NCBI GenBank assembly: GCA_965220105.1
Contig: OZ244811.1
Location: forward strand, 1,161,798-1,225,797
DNA from: Dehalococcoidia bacterium
GTDB taxonomy: Bacteria > Chloroflexota > Dehalococcoidia > Lucifugimonadales > UBA3495
Direction of reading: 5' to 3'
Length of the DNA stretch: 64,000 bases
This document shows positions 9,128-17,816 of this stretch, one piece after another. The notes beneath the pieces were generated by a model that saw nothing but the letters and a program-made list of their open reading frames with translations, made no database searches and was not told where the DNA came from. The position numbers were made by a program, and so were the translations under genes. Within the stretch, counting starts at the first letter, position 1; every line of letters begins with the position of its first letter.

Positions 9128-9881
9128 ATCCCGCTCCCAGGTCTACCAGCGTCAGTACACTGACGCGTTCGTCAACCGCTGGGATGAGCTAATCGACTGG
9201 GAGAGCCGCCGAAAGTCTGAGAACGGGTTCTTTGAGAGAATCCTCACCGAACGCGGCGCCCATCGTGTGTTGGACATAGCCTGCGGCACAGGCTACCACA
9301 CCATCACCCTGGCCCAACGAGGGTTCGACGTCACCGGCTCCGATGGCTCCTCAACAATGGTGGCCCGCTCCCGGCAAAACGCCCTATTAGCGGGGTTGCC
9401 GCGGGTTTCGTTCATCCAAGCGGATTGGTCGGACCTGGCCGGCGCATTCCCGGATCCCGGTCAGTTTGACGCCGTCATCTGCCTGGGAAACGCTTTCACC
9501 CACCTATTTGAGGAAGTGGAGCGTGTGCGCCTCCTCGACAATATCCACCGGGTGTTGCGGCCTGGAGGAATCGCCGTCATCGACCAGCGTAACTACGACG
9601 CCATGCTTGACCACGGGTTCAGCAGCAAACACCTCTACTACTACCTGGGTAGCAACGTCCACGTTCATCCAACCTCCATCACCTCAGAAGCCGTCGAACT
9701 TAGCTACGACTACACTGACGGCGAGACCCATTATTTGACCGTGTTTCCCCTGCGCCAGGACTACCTGACCGGCTTGCTGGAGGGAGCGGGTTTCACCGAG
9801 GTCACCCGCTACGGCGACTTCCAACTCCACTACGACCGATACGCCCCGGACTTCATAGTTCAGGTGGCGAGGAAGCCCTGA
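9117..9881 (+). CDS. glycine/sarcosine N-methyltransferase-like SAM-dependent methyltransferase
   Basis: The ATG at 9117 overlaps the stop of the previous gene by 11 nt. It reads YTDAFVNRWDELIDWESRRKSENGFF...VLDIACGTGYH...ICLGNAFTHLFEE..R...VIDQRNYDAMLDHGFSSKHLYYYLG...YLTVFPLRQDYLTGLL...TRYGDFQ...APDFIVQVARK, which is the GSMT signature layout. Confidence 0.8.
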   Translation: MQPESRSQVYQRQYTDAFVNRWDELIDWESRRKSENGFFERILTERGAHRVLDIACGTGYHTITLAQRGFDVTGSDGSSTMVARSRQNALLAGLPRVSFIQADWSDLAGAFPDPGQFDAVICLGNAFTHLFEEVERVRLLDNIHRVLRPGGIAVIDQRNYDAMLDHGFSSKHLYYYLGSNVHVHPTSITSEAVELSYDYTDGETHYLTVFPLRQDYLTGLLEGAGFTEVTRYGDFQLHYDRYAPDFIVQVARKP

Positions 9882-9913
9882 CCAGGTAGCCCTGTTGAGG
9901 AGCCAAAGCGGCA

Positions 9914-10909
9914 ATGAAGGTCTGCTTTATCGACGTTACCCACTGGCACGCGCCCTCCTATTACCGGACTCTGCGCGAGTTGACCGGCGTGGCTACCCTG
10001 ACTGCCCGAAATTCCCAAACCGGGAAGGGCGTGGCCGAAGGGCTGGGGGCGAAGTTCTACGAAGACTACCGGGAAATGGTGCAGCGGGAGCGCCCCGATT
10101 TCGTATTCGCCCTGGGCCGACACTGCGAGATGGCGGAGACGGCGCGATTCCTCCTGGAGGAAGGGGTACCCTTCGCCATGGAAAAACCCATGGGTCTCAA
10201 CCTCAAAGAAGCGGAGGAGTTGACCGAGTTGGCCAGAGCCAAGGACGCATTCGTGGCGATCCCATTCTCCATCCGCCTGAGTCCCTGGGTACGCAAAGTT
10301 AGAGAGATGGAAGGGTCAGGCGCCGACTTTTCCCACGCCTCTTTCCGTTTCATGTCAGGTCCGGTTAGCCGTTACTACGAGAACGACAACCCCTGGAATC
10401 TGAGATTGGCCGAGGCAGGAGGCGGTTGCTTGATCAACATCGGGATTCACCTGCCCGACCTGTGCCTCCACCTGACCGGCAAGAGGGTCACCAAGGTTTA
10501 CGCTCGAACCAGCAACGACTCCTTCGGGGAGGAAGTCGAGGACTACGCCCAGGTTTCCATCGAGACCGAAGATGGGGCAGTCTGCTCCATGGAGTCCGCC
10601 TACGTGCACGCCGGACCGCCCTGGACCCCGCGGGTGGAATTCTCGCTTCATAGGAAATCCAGGCAATACCATTCCGAAGGAAAAGACCGGATGGTCTGGT
10701 TCGATAAGACGGGTCCGGGAGGGAGCCTCGACGGCGCGCTGGACAACAGCCCCTATTATCCGGTCTTCGTTGCGGACACGCTAGACGCCCTGAGGAACAG
10801 CCGGCCTCCGGTAGCCGGCATCGAGGACAACCTGAACGCTCTTCGTATCGTCGACGCTGCCTACCGTTCTGAAGCGTTGGGCACCCCTGCGATTCTCGAA
10901 CCAAACTGA
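9914..10909 (+). CDS. Gfo/Idh/MocA-family oxidoreductase
   Basis: 331 aa with an N-terminal Rossmann-like region (MKVCFIDVTHWHAP...), EKPMGLNLKEAEEL, and a C-terminal alpha/beta domain. Confidence 0.7.
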   Translation: MKVCFIDVTHWHAPSYYRTLRELTGVATLTARNSQTGKGVAEGLGAKFYEDYREMVQRERPDFVFALGRHCEMAETARFLLEEGVPFAMEKPMGLNLKEAEELTELARAKDAFVAIPFSIRLSPWVRKVREMEGSGADFSHASFRFMSGPVSRYYENDNPWNLRLAEAGGGCLINIGIHLPDLCLHLTGKRVTKVYARTSNDSFGEEVEDYAQVSIETEDGAVCSMESAYVHAGPPWTPRVEFSLHRKSRQYHSEGKDRMVWFDKTGPGGSLDGALDNSPYYPVFVADTLDALRNSRPPVAGIEDNLNALRIVDAAYRSEALGTPAILEPN

Positions 10910-10921
10910 GGTGAGGAAACC

Positions 10922-12058
10922 ATGAACGCCCTTAAAGACAGGACCGCCATCGTCGGTATCGGCGAGACCAAGTACACCCGCGATTCCGGCAGGACTGAGA
11001 TGAGCATGGCCGTCGAAGCCGCCAATAACGCCATCGCCGACGCTGGCCTAACTCCCCTGGACATTGACGGTATGTTCCGGTTCACCGCGGATTCCACCGG
11101 ACATTCCGAGCTGGCCGCCTGCCTGGGAATCCCCTGGCTGCGCTACTACGGCGAGCTGGGGCCGTTGGGAGGGGCTGCCTGCGGACTGGTGGCCCAGGCT
11201 GCGATGGCCGTGTCCCACGGTCTCGCCAAAAACGTGCTTGTGTTTCGGTCGGTCAACGGACGCTCCGGGGCCCGCTATGGCTCAGGCGTCGTCACCACCC
11301 GCCGGGGGCAAAAAAGCTCGGCCTTTACCGAACCATACGGCCTGCTGGTCCCCGGCCAGTCCAGCGCCTTACGGTTCCGCCGCCACATGCACGAGTTCGG
11401 CACCACCGCCAGGCAACTGGGCGAAGTGTGCCTCACCTTCCGCAACCACGCCTGCATGAACCCCAGGGCGATCATGTACGACCGCCCCATTACCATGGAG
11501 GACTACGAGACATCCCGGATGTTCTTCGACCCTCTCCGCATCTTTGATTGCGCCCTGGAAGCCGACGGAGCCAATGCCTTCGTGATTACTTCGGCGGAAA
11601 CCGCCCGGGACATGCCCCATCCTCCCGTATACATCTCCAGCGCGACCCAATGCCTGCCCGCGGAACAGGGCACTTCCAGCCGGTCGTGGGACGACAGCGG
11701 CGGCGTGCGAATGGCCCCCGAGCTATTCGGCACGGCGGGGATCACTCCCGTCGACATTGACGTTATCGGGTTTTATGACCACTTCAGTCCGGTGATCATC
11801 ACCAAGCTGGAAGACTACGGGTTCTGTGACCGGGGTGAGGGCGGCCCCTTCGTCGAGGAAGGCAGGATCCAGGTGGGTGGCCAGTTGCCGGTGAACACCT
11901 CCGGCGGTCACCTCTCCGAAGCCTACATGCAGGGCATGAACCAGATAATAGAGGTGGTTCGGCAGCTTCGCGGCCAGTCCTATGCCCAGGTGCAAGACGC
12001 CGAGTTTGGACTCGTTGACAGCGGCGACGGCTCCGGCGCCCTGGTGCTGAGGAGGTAA
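10922..12058 (+). CDS. thiolase-like protein (SCP-x / lipid-transfer-protein type)
   Basis: 378 aa: TAIVGIGETKYTRDSGRTEMSMAVEAANNAIADAGLTPLDIDG...NTSGGHLSEAYMQGMN. It forms the typical pair with the downstream DUF35 protein. Confidence 0.8.
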   Translation: MNALKDRTAIVGIGETKYTRDSGRTEMSMAVEAANNAIADAGLTPLDIDGMFRFTADSTGHSELAACLGIPWLRYYGELGPLGGAACGLVAQAAMAVSHGLAKNVLVFRSVNGRSGARYGSGVVTTRRGQKSSAFTEPYGLLVPGQSSALRFRRHMHEFGTTARQLGEVCLTFRNHACMNPRAIMYDRPITMEDYETSRMFFDPLRIFDCALEADGANAFVITSAETARDMPHPPVYISSATQCLPAEQGTSSRSWDDSGGVRMAPELFGTAGITPVDIDVIGFYDHFSPVIITKLEDYGFCDRGEGGPFVEEGRIQVGGQLPVNTSGGHLSEAYMQGMNQIIEVVRQLRGQSYAQVQDAEFGLVDSGDGSGALVLRR

Positions 12059-12065
12059 CCTGGCC

Positions 12066-12473
12066 ATGACCGCCGCCAACTTTCCCCTGCCCATCCCCAA
12101 CTTGGACAATCAGGTCTTTTGGGACAACTGCCGTGAAGGACGCCTGGTCCTCCGCCGTTGTAATGACTGCCGCCAGTTCGCCCATCCCCCCAAGCCCAAT
12201 TGCTCCTTCTGCGGCTCAGACAATCTTGAATGGGTGGAATCCAAGGGCGAGGGCAAGGTCTATACTTACACCATCACCCTTCAGCCGGTGAACCCAGCCT
12301 TCCGTGAGCGGCTTCCCTGGGGCATCGTAGATGTGGAACTCACCGAGGGAGTCCACATGATCAGCAACCTGGTGGACTTCGACCCGGAGCAGATCGAAAT
12401 AGGCATGAACGTGACCGTCGTCTTCGAACAGGTCAACGACGAAATCACCCTCCCCAAGTTCCGCGCCGCATAG
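12066..12473 (+). CDS. DUF35 OB-fold/zinc-ribbon protein (partner of thiolase-like enzymes)
   Basis: 135 aa: NQVFWDNCREGRLVLRRCNDCRQFAHPPKPNCSFCGSDNLEWVESKGEGKVYTYTI (CxxC...CxxC ribbon followed by an OB fold). Confidence 0.8.
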   Translation: MTAANFPLPIPNLDNQVFWDNCREGRLVLRRCNDCRQFAHPPKPNCSFCGSDNLEWVESKGEGKVYTYTITLQPVNPAFRERLPWGIVDVELTEGVHMISNLVDFDPEQIEIGMNVTVVFEQVNDEITLPKFRAA

Positions 12474-12621
12474 CCGACGCAGTCGCCAGTCTCCAGTTAC
12501 CAGTCGCCAGTAACTCTTGAATTAAGAGAAATTGCCCCAAATGGGTGGTAACAGCGCGGGCCACTGGATACACGGGTGTTAGTCGCTCGTGGTGGCTTCG
12601 GCCGCCGGGTCGTCATCTCCG

Positions 12622-12891
12622 TCAGTTGAGGCTTGGTCCCTGTCCGGCGTGCTCGGGGCCTAGGCCGGGGTGGTCGTCCAGGTCAGAGGCGTCGTCCATG
12701 TGGTTGCCGCGCAGGACACAATGACCGCAAACTCGGCAGACGGGATGTCTATTTTGGTACTTGGGATGGGGGATTTTGCAGAAGCCGCTTGCCGGCTCGT
12801 CGCAGCGGGGGCAGCCCTCGCAGCGGCCTTGGCGGTTGCCCTGCCCGGTCTGGGTGATGGTGCGGGTTTCCCGTTCTAGTACGGTGGTCAT
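12622..12891 (-). CDS. small Cys-rich protein (89 aa, two CxxCxxC motifs), unknown function
   Basis: The internal ATG at 12891 is preceded by aaaggtga. It reads MTTVLERETRTITQTGQGNRQGRCEGCPRCDEPASGFCKIPHPKYQNRHPVCRVCGHCVLRGNHMDDASDLDD... Confidence 0.45.
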   Translation of the reverse strand: MTTVLERETRTITQTGQGNRQGRCEGCPRCDEPASGFCKIPHPKYQNRHPVCRVCGHCVLRGNHMDDASDLDDHPGLGPEHAGQGPSLN

Positions 12892-13116
12892 GTGGTTTTC
12901 ACCTTTTGGGATAGGGATTCTGAATTTCAGGGAATTGTGGAAAGGGGCCTTCCTTGTAGTGGCCAAAATTGGCACTACACGTTTGTGGTGAAGCCGTGGA
13001 CGCATAGCGACCCCAGAGCCGCGCGGGAAGAGTAGAGCTGGCCAGCAACGTGATTTTTTGGAAGCGCCGCAGGACGCTGAGGCATTTCTAATTGTAGCCT
13101 GACGTGGGTGGCGCGG

Positions 13117-14211
13117 TCACCTTTCGCAGACGACGCCGTCACCGTCGCCGTCTCGGGCGCTCGGCACCATCAGCTTCGGGAAGCCTCGGCCGGTGCCTTT
13201 GCTGCCCTGCACTCGGGTTTCGCCGACCGCCTGCGCTGCGTCGCAGGAGCTGTACGTTCTTGCAGCCCGAGTAGCTGTGGACGGCACCGGTGTCGCCGTT
13301 GGCCGGGCTGGCGAACTGGTTGTGTTCGGCCTCTGCCCACCTTGGCTGGGCTCTCCTGCCAGTAACGTGGGGCGGTTCGGGCACGTGTTGAGCATTTCAG
13401 CCAGTGCGGCATGCTCCCCTTGGGTGACGGTAAGCACCCAGCTGTACTTGATGGTGATCCAGTCAACGGCGTACTGGCACCAGTAGGTGCGGTTGTCTGG
13501 TTTCCACTCTTCCGGTCCTCGTGCGCCCTTCGAACGGTTCGCGCTGGCCGTGACGGCAATCAGGTGCTGAGGGTCGTCCAGGTAGTTGGCGTATTGCTCT
13601 CTCCGATTGGCCGACCAGTTCCAGGCACCGCTGTCGTGCCCGTTGCCCAGCGGCACCATGTGGTCAACGTCGAGTTTGCCGGGATCGACTACGACGGTGT
13701 TGCTGTACGGGGCCAGCCATTCGCCGGTCGTCACCCTGCACTTCCTGTCGGTTCGATGGGCAACTGCGGTCCGGCTTTCGGCAATCAGTACCTCGTTGCG
13801 GGCATCTTGGCAATCCCGGTCGGCGTCGGTCCAGTGTTTCCAATCTTGGCGGTCGTAGTCCGGCAGCGTGGCTGGGACTGCTGACACGGTCACGCGCAGA
13901 ACCGTGGTGGTGGTCGCCGTAGGTTCCTGGGGCGCGGCGGTTTGCGCTGTTGCCGTTTCTGACTGTGCCTCTGGCGCTGCTGTTGGCGTCTGAAGATTGG
14001 GCGGCCCTACCGTCGCGGAAGGGACAGGCTGAGCCGGTGTGGTTTCGGTGGCGGTTGTCGTTGTTGGCAGCCCTGTGGTTGTCGTTGCCGACAAAGGTCT
14101 TGCATCGGTGCTCGTCTCGCTCCCGACTTGAGGGGGTGGTGACGTGGACTCCGACGAACAAGCGATCAGCAGAGCTGCGACGATCCAGATGAGGACAGCA
14201 GCAAATCTCAC
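13117..14211 (-). CDS. secreted lipoprotein nuclease: HNH/DUF1524-type His-Me domain plus C-terminal Excalibur Ca-binding domain
   Basis: Signal peptide and lipobox MRFAAVLIWIVAALLIACSS, then a Thr/Pro-rich linker. Nuclease core: DYDRQDWKHWTDADRDCQDARNEVL...VDHMVPLGNGHDSGAW...LIAVTASANRSKGARGPEEWKP. Excalibur domain: YSSCDAAQAVGETRV....PSARDGDGDGVVCE. Confidence 0.8.
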   Translation of the reverse strand: MRFAAVLIWIVAALLIACSSESTSPPPQVGSETSTDARPLSATTTTGLPTTTTATETTPAQPVPSATVGPPNLQTPTAAPEAQSETATAQTAAPQEPTATTTTVLRVTVSAVPATLPDYDRQDWKHWTDADRDCQDARNEVLIAESRTAVAHRTDRKCRVTTGEWLAPYSNTVVVDPGKLDVDHMVPLGNGHDSGAWNWSANRREQYANYLDDPQHLIAVTASANRSKGARGPEEWKPDNRTYWCQYAVDWITIKYSWVLTVTQGEHAALAEMLNTCPNRPTLLAGEPSQGGQRPNTTSSPARPTATPVPSTATRAARTYSSCDAAQAVGETRVQGSKGTGRGFPKLMVPSARDGDGDGVVCER

Positions 14212-14335
14212 GGTTCGATCTCCAAGGGCGTACTATCTGTGTTTGCCACGTGCCGGAATCACTCCTGAATTCCGGGCAAACGGCGGCAATTGTCTCACCA
14301 GTCCCTTGAACTGGCAACGACGCCAGGTGGTGGAA

Positions 14336-14986
14336 TCAGAAGTCGGTGGTAGTTCTGCCTTCGGGCTCGGAGCCTTCGTCCACGCGCTCCGGGCAGTCCA
14401 GGGCGCTGATGTCGCAGAATTGGCATTCCGGTCTGCTCGGCACTCGGGCGGGCGGCTGGTCGGCCGCCAGTCGGCGGATCAATGCTCCCAGGTTCTGGAT
14501 GAACTGGTCGTCCACCGCCTCCGCCGGTATGCGGACCGTGTGGTCCAAGTAGGTGGCCTGCCCGCTGAGTTTGAGAGTCCGGTACTGCTCGAATGCTCTC
14601 GGGATGGCGTACAGGTAAATCATCACCTGTACGACGTGGCTGGCGCTCTCCTGCCCGGTCTTCACGTCGACGATGACCGCCTGGCCGTCCCGCTGCGTGA
14701 TTAGGTCGGGCTTGCCCGCCAGCGTTGCTGACCTGCCGCGGAGCTGGAAGCTGTTCTGTCCCTCGATGTTCACATCAAAGCCACCGTGCTTCCAGTTTGC
14801 TTTTCGCTTGTTGAGGAGCGCGGTGTGGTTCAGCATCCACTGGGCTTGGTTGAAGTCCGATGGGACCTTGGTCTAGTCCTGGTGGTGGGCCTTGAACCAG
14901 ACGGCCCACTCGCACGAGTTCTCGCCGGTCAGCAACCTGGATAGGCAGGTGGCCGAGATGTAGGGGTGTTCGCGTCGCTGGGTCAA
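14336..14986 (-). pseudogene. Cas4/RecB-like PD-(D/E)XK nuclease with an in-frame TAG (14873-14875)
   Basis: Track ORF 14336..14836 has ...KPDLITQRDGQAVIVDVKTGQESASHVVQVMIYLYA (D...DxK, QxxxY) and a C-terminal CQFCDISALDC. Upstream, in the same frame and across one TAG, I read (TTG 14986) TQRREHPYISATCLSRLLTGENSCEWAVWFKAHHQD*TKVPSDFNQAQW-MLNHTALL. The total is 651 nt (217 codons). Confidence 0.7.
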
Positions 14987-15077
14987 GGTCTATTCACTGG
15001 AAGTGGGCTGGCGTCGGTGCTCTTTGGTCCAGTTTATTTCGGTGTCCGTCGAGCCCACAAGGGGCGCCTGTCATCAA

Positions 15078-15320
15078 ATGGTGAACCAGAGTACGATGGT
15101 GGAGGACTGCCGTCGAGAGGTGCGGCTAACGGCGCGTGAACGGGAGGTCCTGTCCAACCCGGCGTTGGGCTGGGAGACCAGGTACATTGCCGAGGGGTTG
15201 GGCGTGAGCGGGTACACGGCCAGGAACCACATCGAGAACCTGCGGACGAAGCTGGGCGCGTCCAGCCGTCTGGAGGCCGTCATGGTCGCCATGAGGCTTG
15301 GGATGCTGCCGTCAGAATAA
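15078..15320 (+). CDS. LuxR/GerE-type helix-turn-helix transcription regulator (small, DNA-binding domain only)
   Basis: LTAREREVLSNPALGWETRYIAEGLGVSGYTARNHIENLRTKLGASSRLEAVMVAMRLG. I prefer the ATG at 15078 within track ORF 15003..15320. Confidence 0.7.
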   Translation: MVNQSTMVEDCRREVRLTAREREVLSNPALGWETRYIAEGLGVSGYTARNHIENLRTKLGASSRLEAVMVAMRLGMLPSE

Positions 15321-15426
15321 TTCCGGGATTGCGGTGGGTTCCTTTGTTCTCAGGCGACGGGTGTTCCCAAACGTGCTGACCAATCAAGATCGACCATTTG
15401 AGGCTGAACAACATAGGAGGAAGCTG

Positions 15427-16281
15427 ATGGCGGAGCGGACCCTGACGATAGACTGCCAGGTGCATGCCTACGAGCGGAACAAGCCCGAACGCCCGTGGGT
15501 CGGGTTTCTGACCGGGCCGGACGAAGTTACGGGGGACGACATGATCGCGGCAATGGACGCGGTGGGCGTGGACGGCGCGCTGCTGATTTCGCCGTTCGTG
15601 CTGTACGCATACGACGCCAGCTACGCGCTGGAGGTGTACGCGCAGCACCCGACCAAGTTCGGGCTGATCCGGCCGTTTGATCCCAACTCAGAGACGATTG
15701 ACGCCGACGTGGAGGAATGGACGTCCACGCCGGGCGTGGTGGGCGCGCGCATCATGCTGGCGAACTCGGACTACGAGGCGGACCACGCGGGGCTGAACGG
15801 CATCCTGGCGGCCGGCGGGCGTGCCGGCGTGCCGGTGAACATCATGGCGGCGGGCAAGCTGCCGTTGCTGCGGGAGCTGGCGCAGCGCAACGCCGACACG
15901 CAGATCGTGATCGACCACGTGGGGTTAGCGCAGCCCTTCAACCCGCCGCCGCCGGTGGAACCCTTCGCCGACCTGGGCAACGTGCTGTCGCTGGCGGCGC
16001 TGGACAATGTGGCGATCAAGATCTCCGGCGCCGGCACACTGTCGCACGCGGGGTTCCCGTATCCGGACATCTGGGAGCCGCTGTCTCGCATCTTCGACGC
16101 GTACGGGCTGGAGCGGTGCCTGTGGGGGACGGACTGGACGCGGGCGGTAGAACTGCTGACGTACGAGCAGGGCGTGGCGGCGTTCCGGCTGACGGACACG
16201 CTGTCGGACTCTGACCGGGAGACGCTGATGGGCGGAGCGCTGTCGAACATCTACAAGTGGTCGCCGGCGGTGGTGGAATAG
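15427..16281 (+). CDS. amidohydrolase-2 (TIM-barrel metal-dependent hydrolase) family protein
   Basis: The ATG at 15427 is preceded by aggagga. It reads MAERTLTIDCQVHAYE...AMDAVGVDGALLISP...VIDHVGL...CLWGTDWT. Confidence 0.75.
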   Translation: MAERTLTIDCQVHAYERNKPERPWVGFLTGPDEVTGDDMIAAMDAVGVDGALLISPFVLYAYDASYALEVYAQHPTKFGLIRPFDPNSETIDADVEEWTSTPGVVGARIMLANSDYEADHAGLNGILAAGGRAGVPVNIMAAGKLPLLRELAQRNADTQIVIDHVGLAQPFNPPPPVEPFADLGNVLSLAALDNVAIKISGAGTLSHAGFPYPDIWEPLSRIFDAYGLERCLWGTDWTRAVELLTYEQGVAAFRLTDTLSDSDRETLMGGALSNIYKWSPAVVE

Positions 16282-16396
16282 GGCGCGTCCTGCGATCCGC
16301 CGGGAGCGGACCTCCCGCGAGCACAAGACGATCCTGCGACCCGCCGGAGGCGGACTTTCGGCAGGCTCACGATGAGCGGGGGTTGGGAATTGCGCT

Positions 16397-16424
16397 GTAG
16401 GGGCGAATGGTTATTCGCCCCTAC
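16397..16424. repeat. perfect 12-bp-stem hairpin (gtaggggcgaat ggtt attcgcccctac), REP-like
   Basis: It is a perfect palindrome seen directly in the sequence. Track ORFs over it (for example 16251..16499, ...VGANNHSPLQ...) are translations of the hairpin. Confidence 0.5.
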
Positions 16425-16978
16425 GAATTCGGCCAGGTGCCCATTGCCACGCCAATCGCGAAGGGGAGTATCGTCAAGGTCAGCGGCAAAACGTACCACT
16501 GAGGTGTTGCCTGAGGTTCACGGCTTTGCCGGTGGGGCCCCGCTTGGAGCACCGCCGGCCGCCTTTCAGGATTGACCATCATCCCAATGCCGCCTCTAAC
16601 TGGCGACGTTCATCAAACGAGCTAATTGCGAAACTGGCGCGAGCGTGCGGCTCTGTGGCGGAAATTCAGCGCGTTGTGGTGCTGGTAGTGGAACCGGCCG
16701 CCCCGTGGGAAGCAAAAGCCACCGTGGTAAATGAGCACGGCGGCAAACGCACGAGCTCCACACCCTGAATGGAGACTCGCATGCCCCCGCATTATTACAG
16801 CGCGGAGGGGTCTTGAGACGGGTCCGGAGGGACTCTCTCCCCACCTTGAGGACGGAAAAGAGCTTGTGCGCGTTTCTTCGGTGGTGGTGGCCGTTACGCC
16901 TGGGAAGGCCCGGACTTCGTTCGTGGAAATCGTTGGTGTTTATGGAGCGTGGCCTACGCTCCGGTGCCGCAGTGTGAC

Positions 16979-17727
16979 CTATATGACGGTGTAGCGGCTG
17001 GTAAGGGCCGTCTTGGCCCTTTCCTGGTCATCGGTGGTGATGGCCGCCGTGGCGTAGTTTTCTCTGCGCTCGATGATGTGGAAAGTCCTGATGTTGAGGC
17101 CGGCGCCCGTGAGTTCGCCGGCAAGGTTGGCCAGGGCTCCGGGCTGGTCCAGGAGCTGCACGAGTACAGCTTCGTCAGAGACTGCCTTGAAGCCAGCTTC
17201 GTTGAGGATGGCCAAGGCGTGGTCCGTCCGGTCGGTGGTGATGATCACCACTCCGTGCTGTCCCTCGTTCTCGGTCGTGATGCTGTTGAGGTTCACTCCG
17301 CCCTCGGCCAGGGTGCCGGCAATCTGGGCAATGACGCCGATGCGGTTTTCGGCCATGATCACGATGCGCTGCATCGTGGTTGCGTGAGCAGTCTGCTTCT
17401 GTTGCTCTTGAGCCGGCAGGCCGGTTTCCGCCGGCGGCATATCGTGTTCCTGCCGCGGTTCGGGACGGGGACTGACGCAGTCGTCGACCAGCCGGTCGAT
17501 GGTTTCGAAGTCAACGTGGGGCATGGTGATGATGTGGGCCACGTCGCCCTCGGGGGCAATCTGCCATTTGTCGAAGACTTCCTGCGAGGGGCGGTCGAAC
17601 ACCACGGTGGGCGAGTTCCGGTGTCGCCAGGCGCTGATGCCGTGTTCGTTGAACCGTTTCACGGCGTACTCGGCAGTGTCCAGCATACCGTGGACGGTCT
17701 CTCTCCATCCATCTTCGCCGTAACGGT
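16979..17727 (-). pseudogene. hdc: histidine decarboxylase (PLP-dependent)-ACT-ACT fusion gene, C-terminal half, separated from its N-terminal half by a 6.6-kb IS stack
   Basis: The minus frame reads ...RYGEDGWRETVHGMLDTAEYAVKRFNEHGISAWRHRNSPTVVFDRPSQEVFDKWQIAPEGDVAHIITMPHVDFETIDRLVDD (HDC C-terminus). A linker and two ACT-like repeats follow (IVIMAENRIGVIAQIAGTLAEGGVNLNSI..., VLVQLLDQPGALANLAGELTGAGLNIRTF). Confidence 0.8.
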
Positions 17728-17816
17728 GTAACTGTTCAGACTTGGTGAGGTGAATTGGCCGAATTGGGTTAGGAGATGGCTGGCGTTGGGGGTGGTGGTT
17801 ATGTCATATAGCTGGG

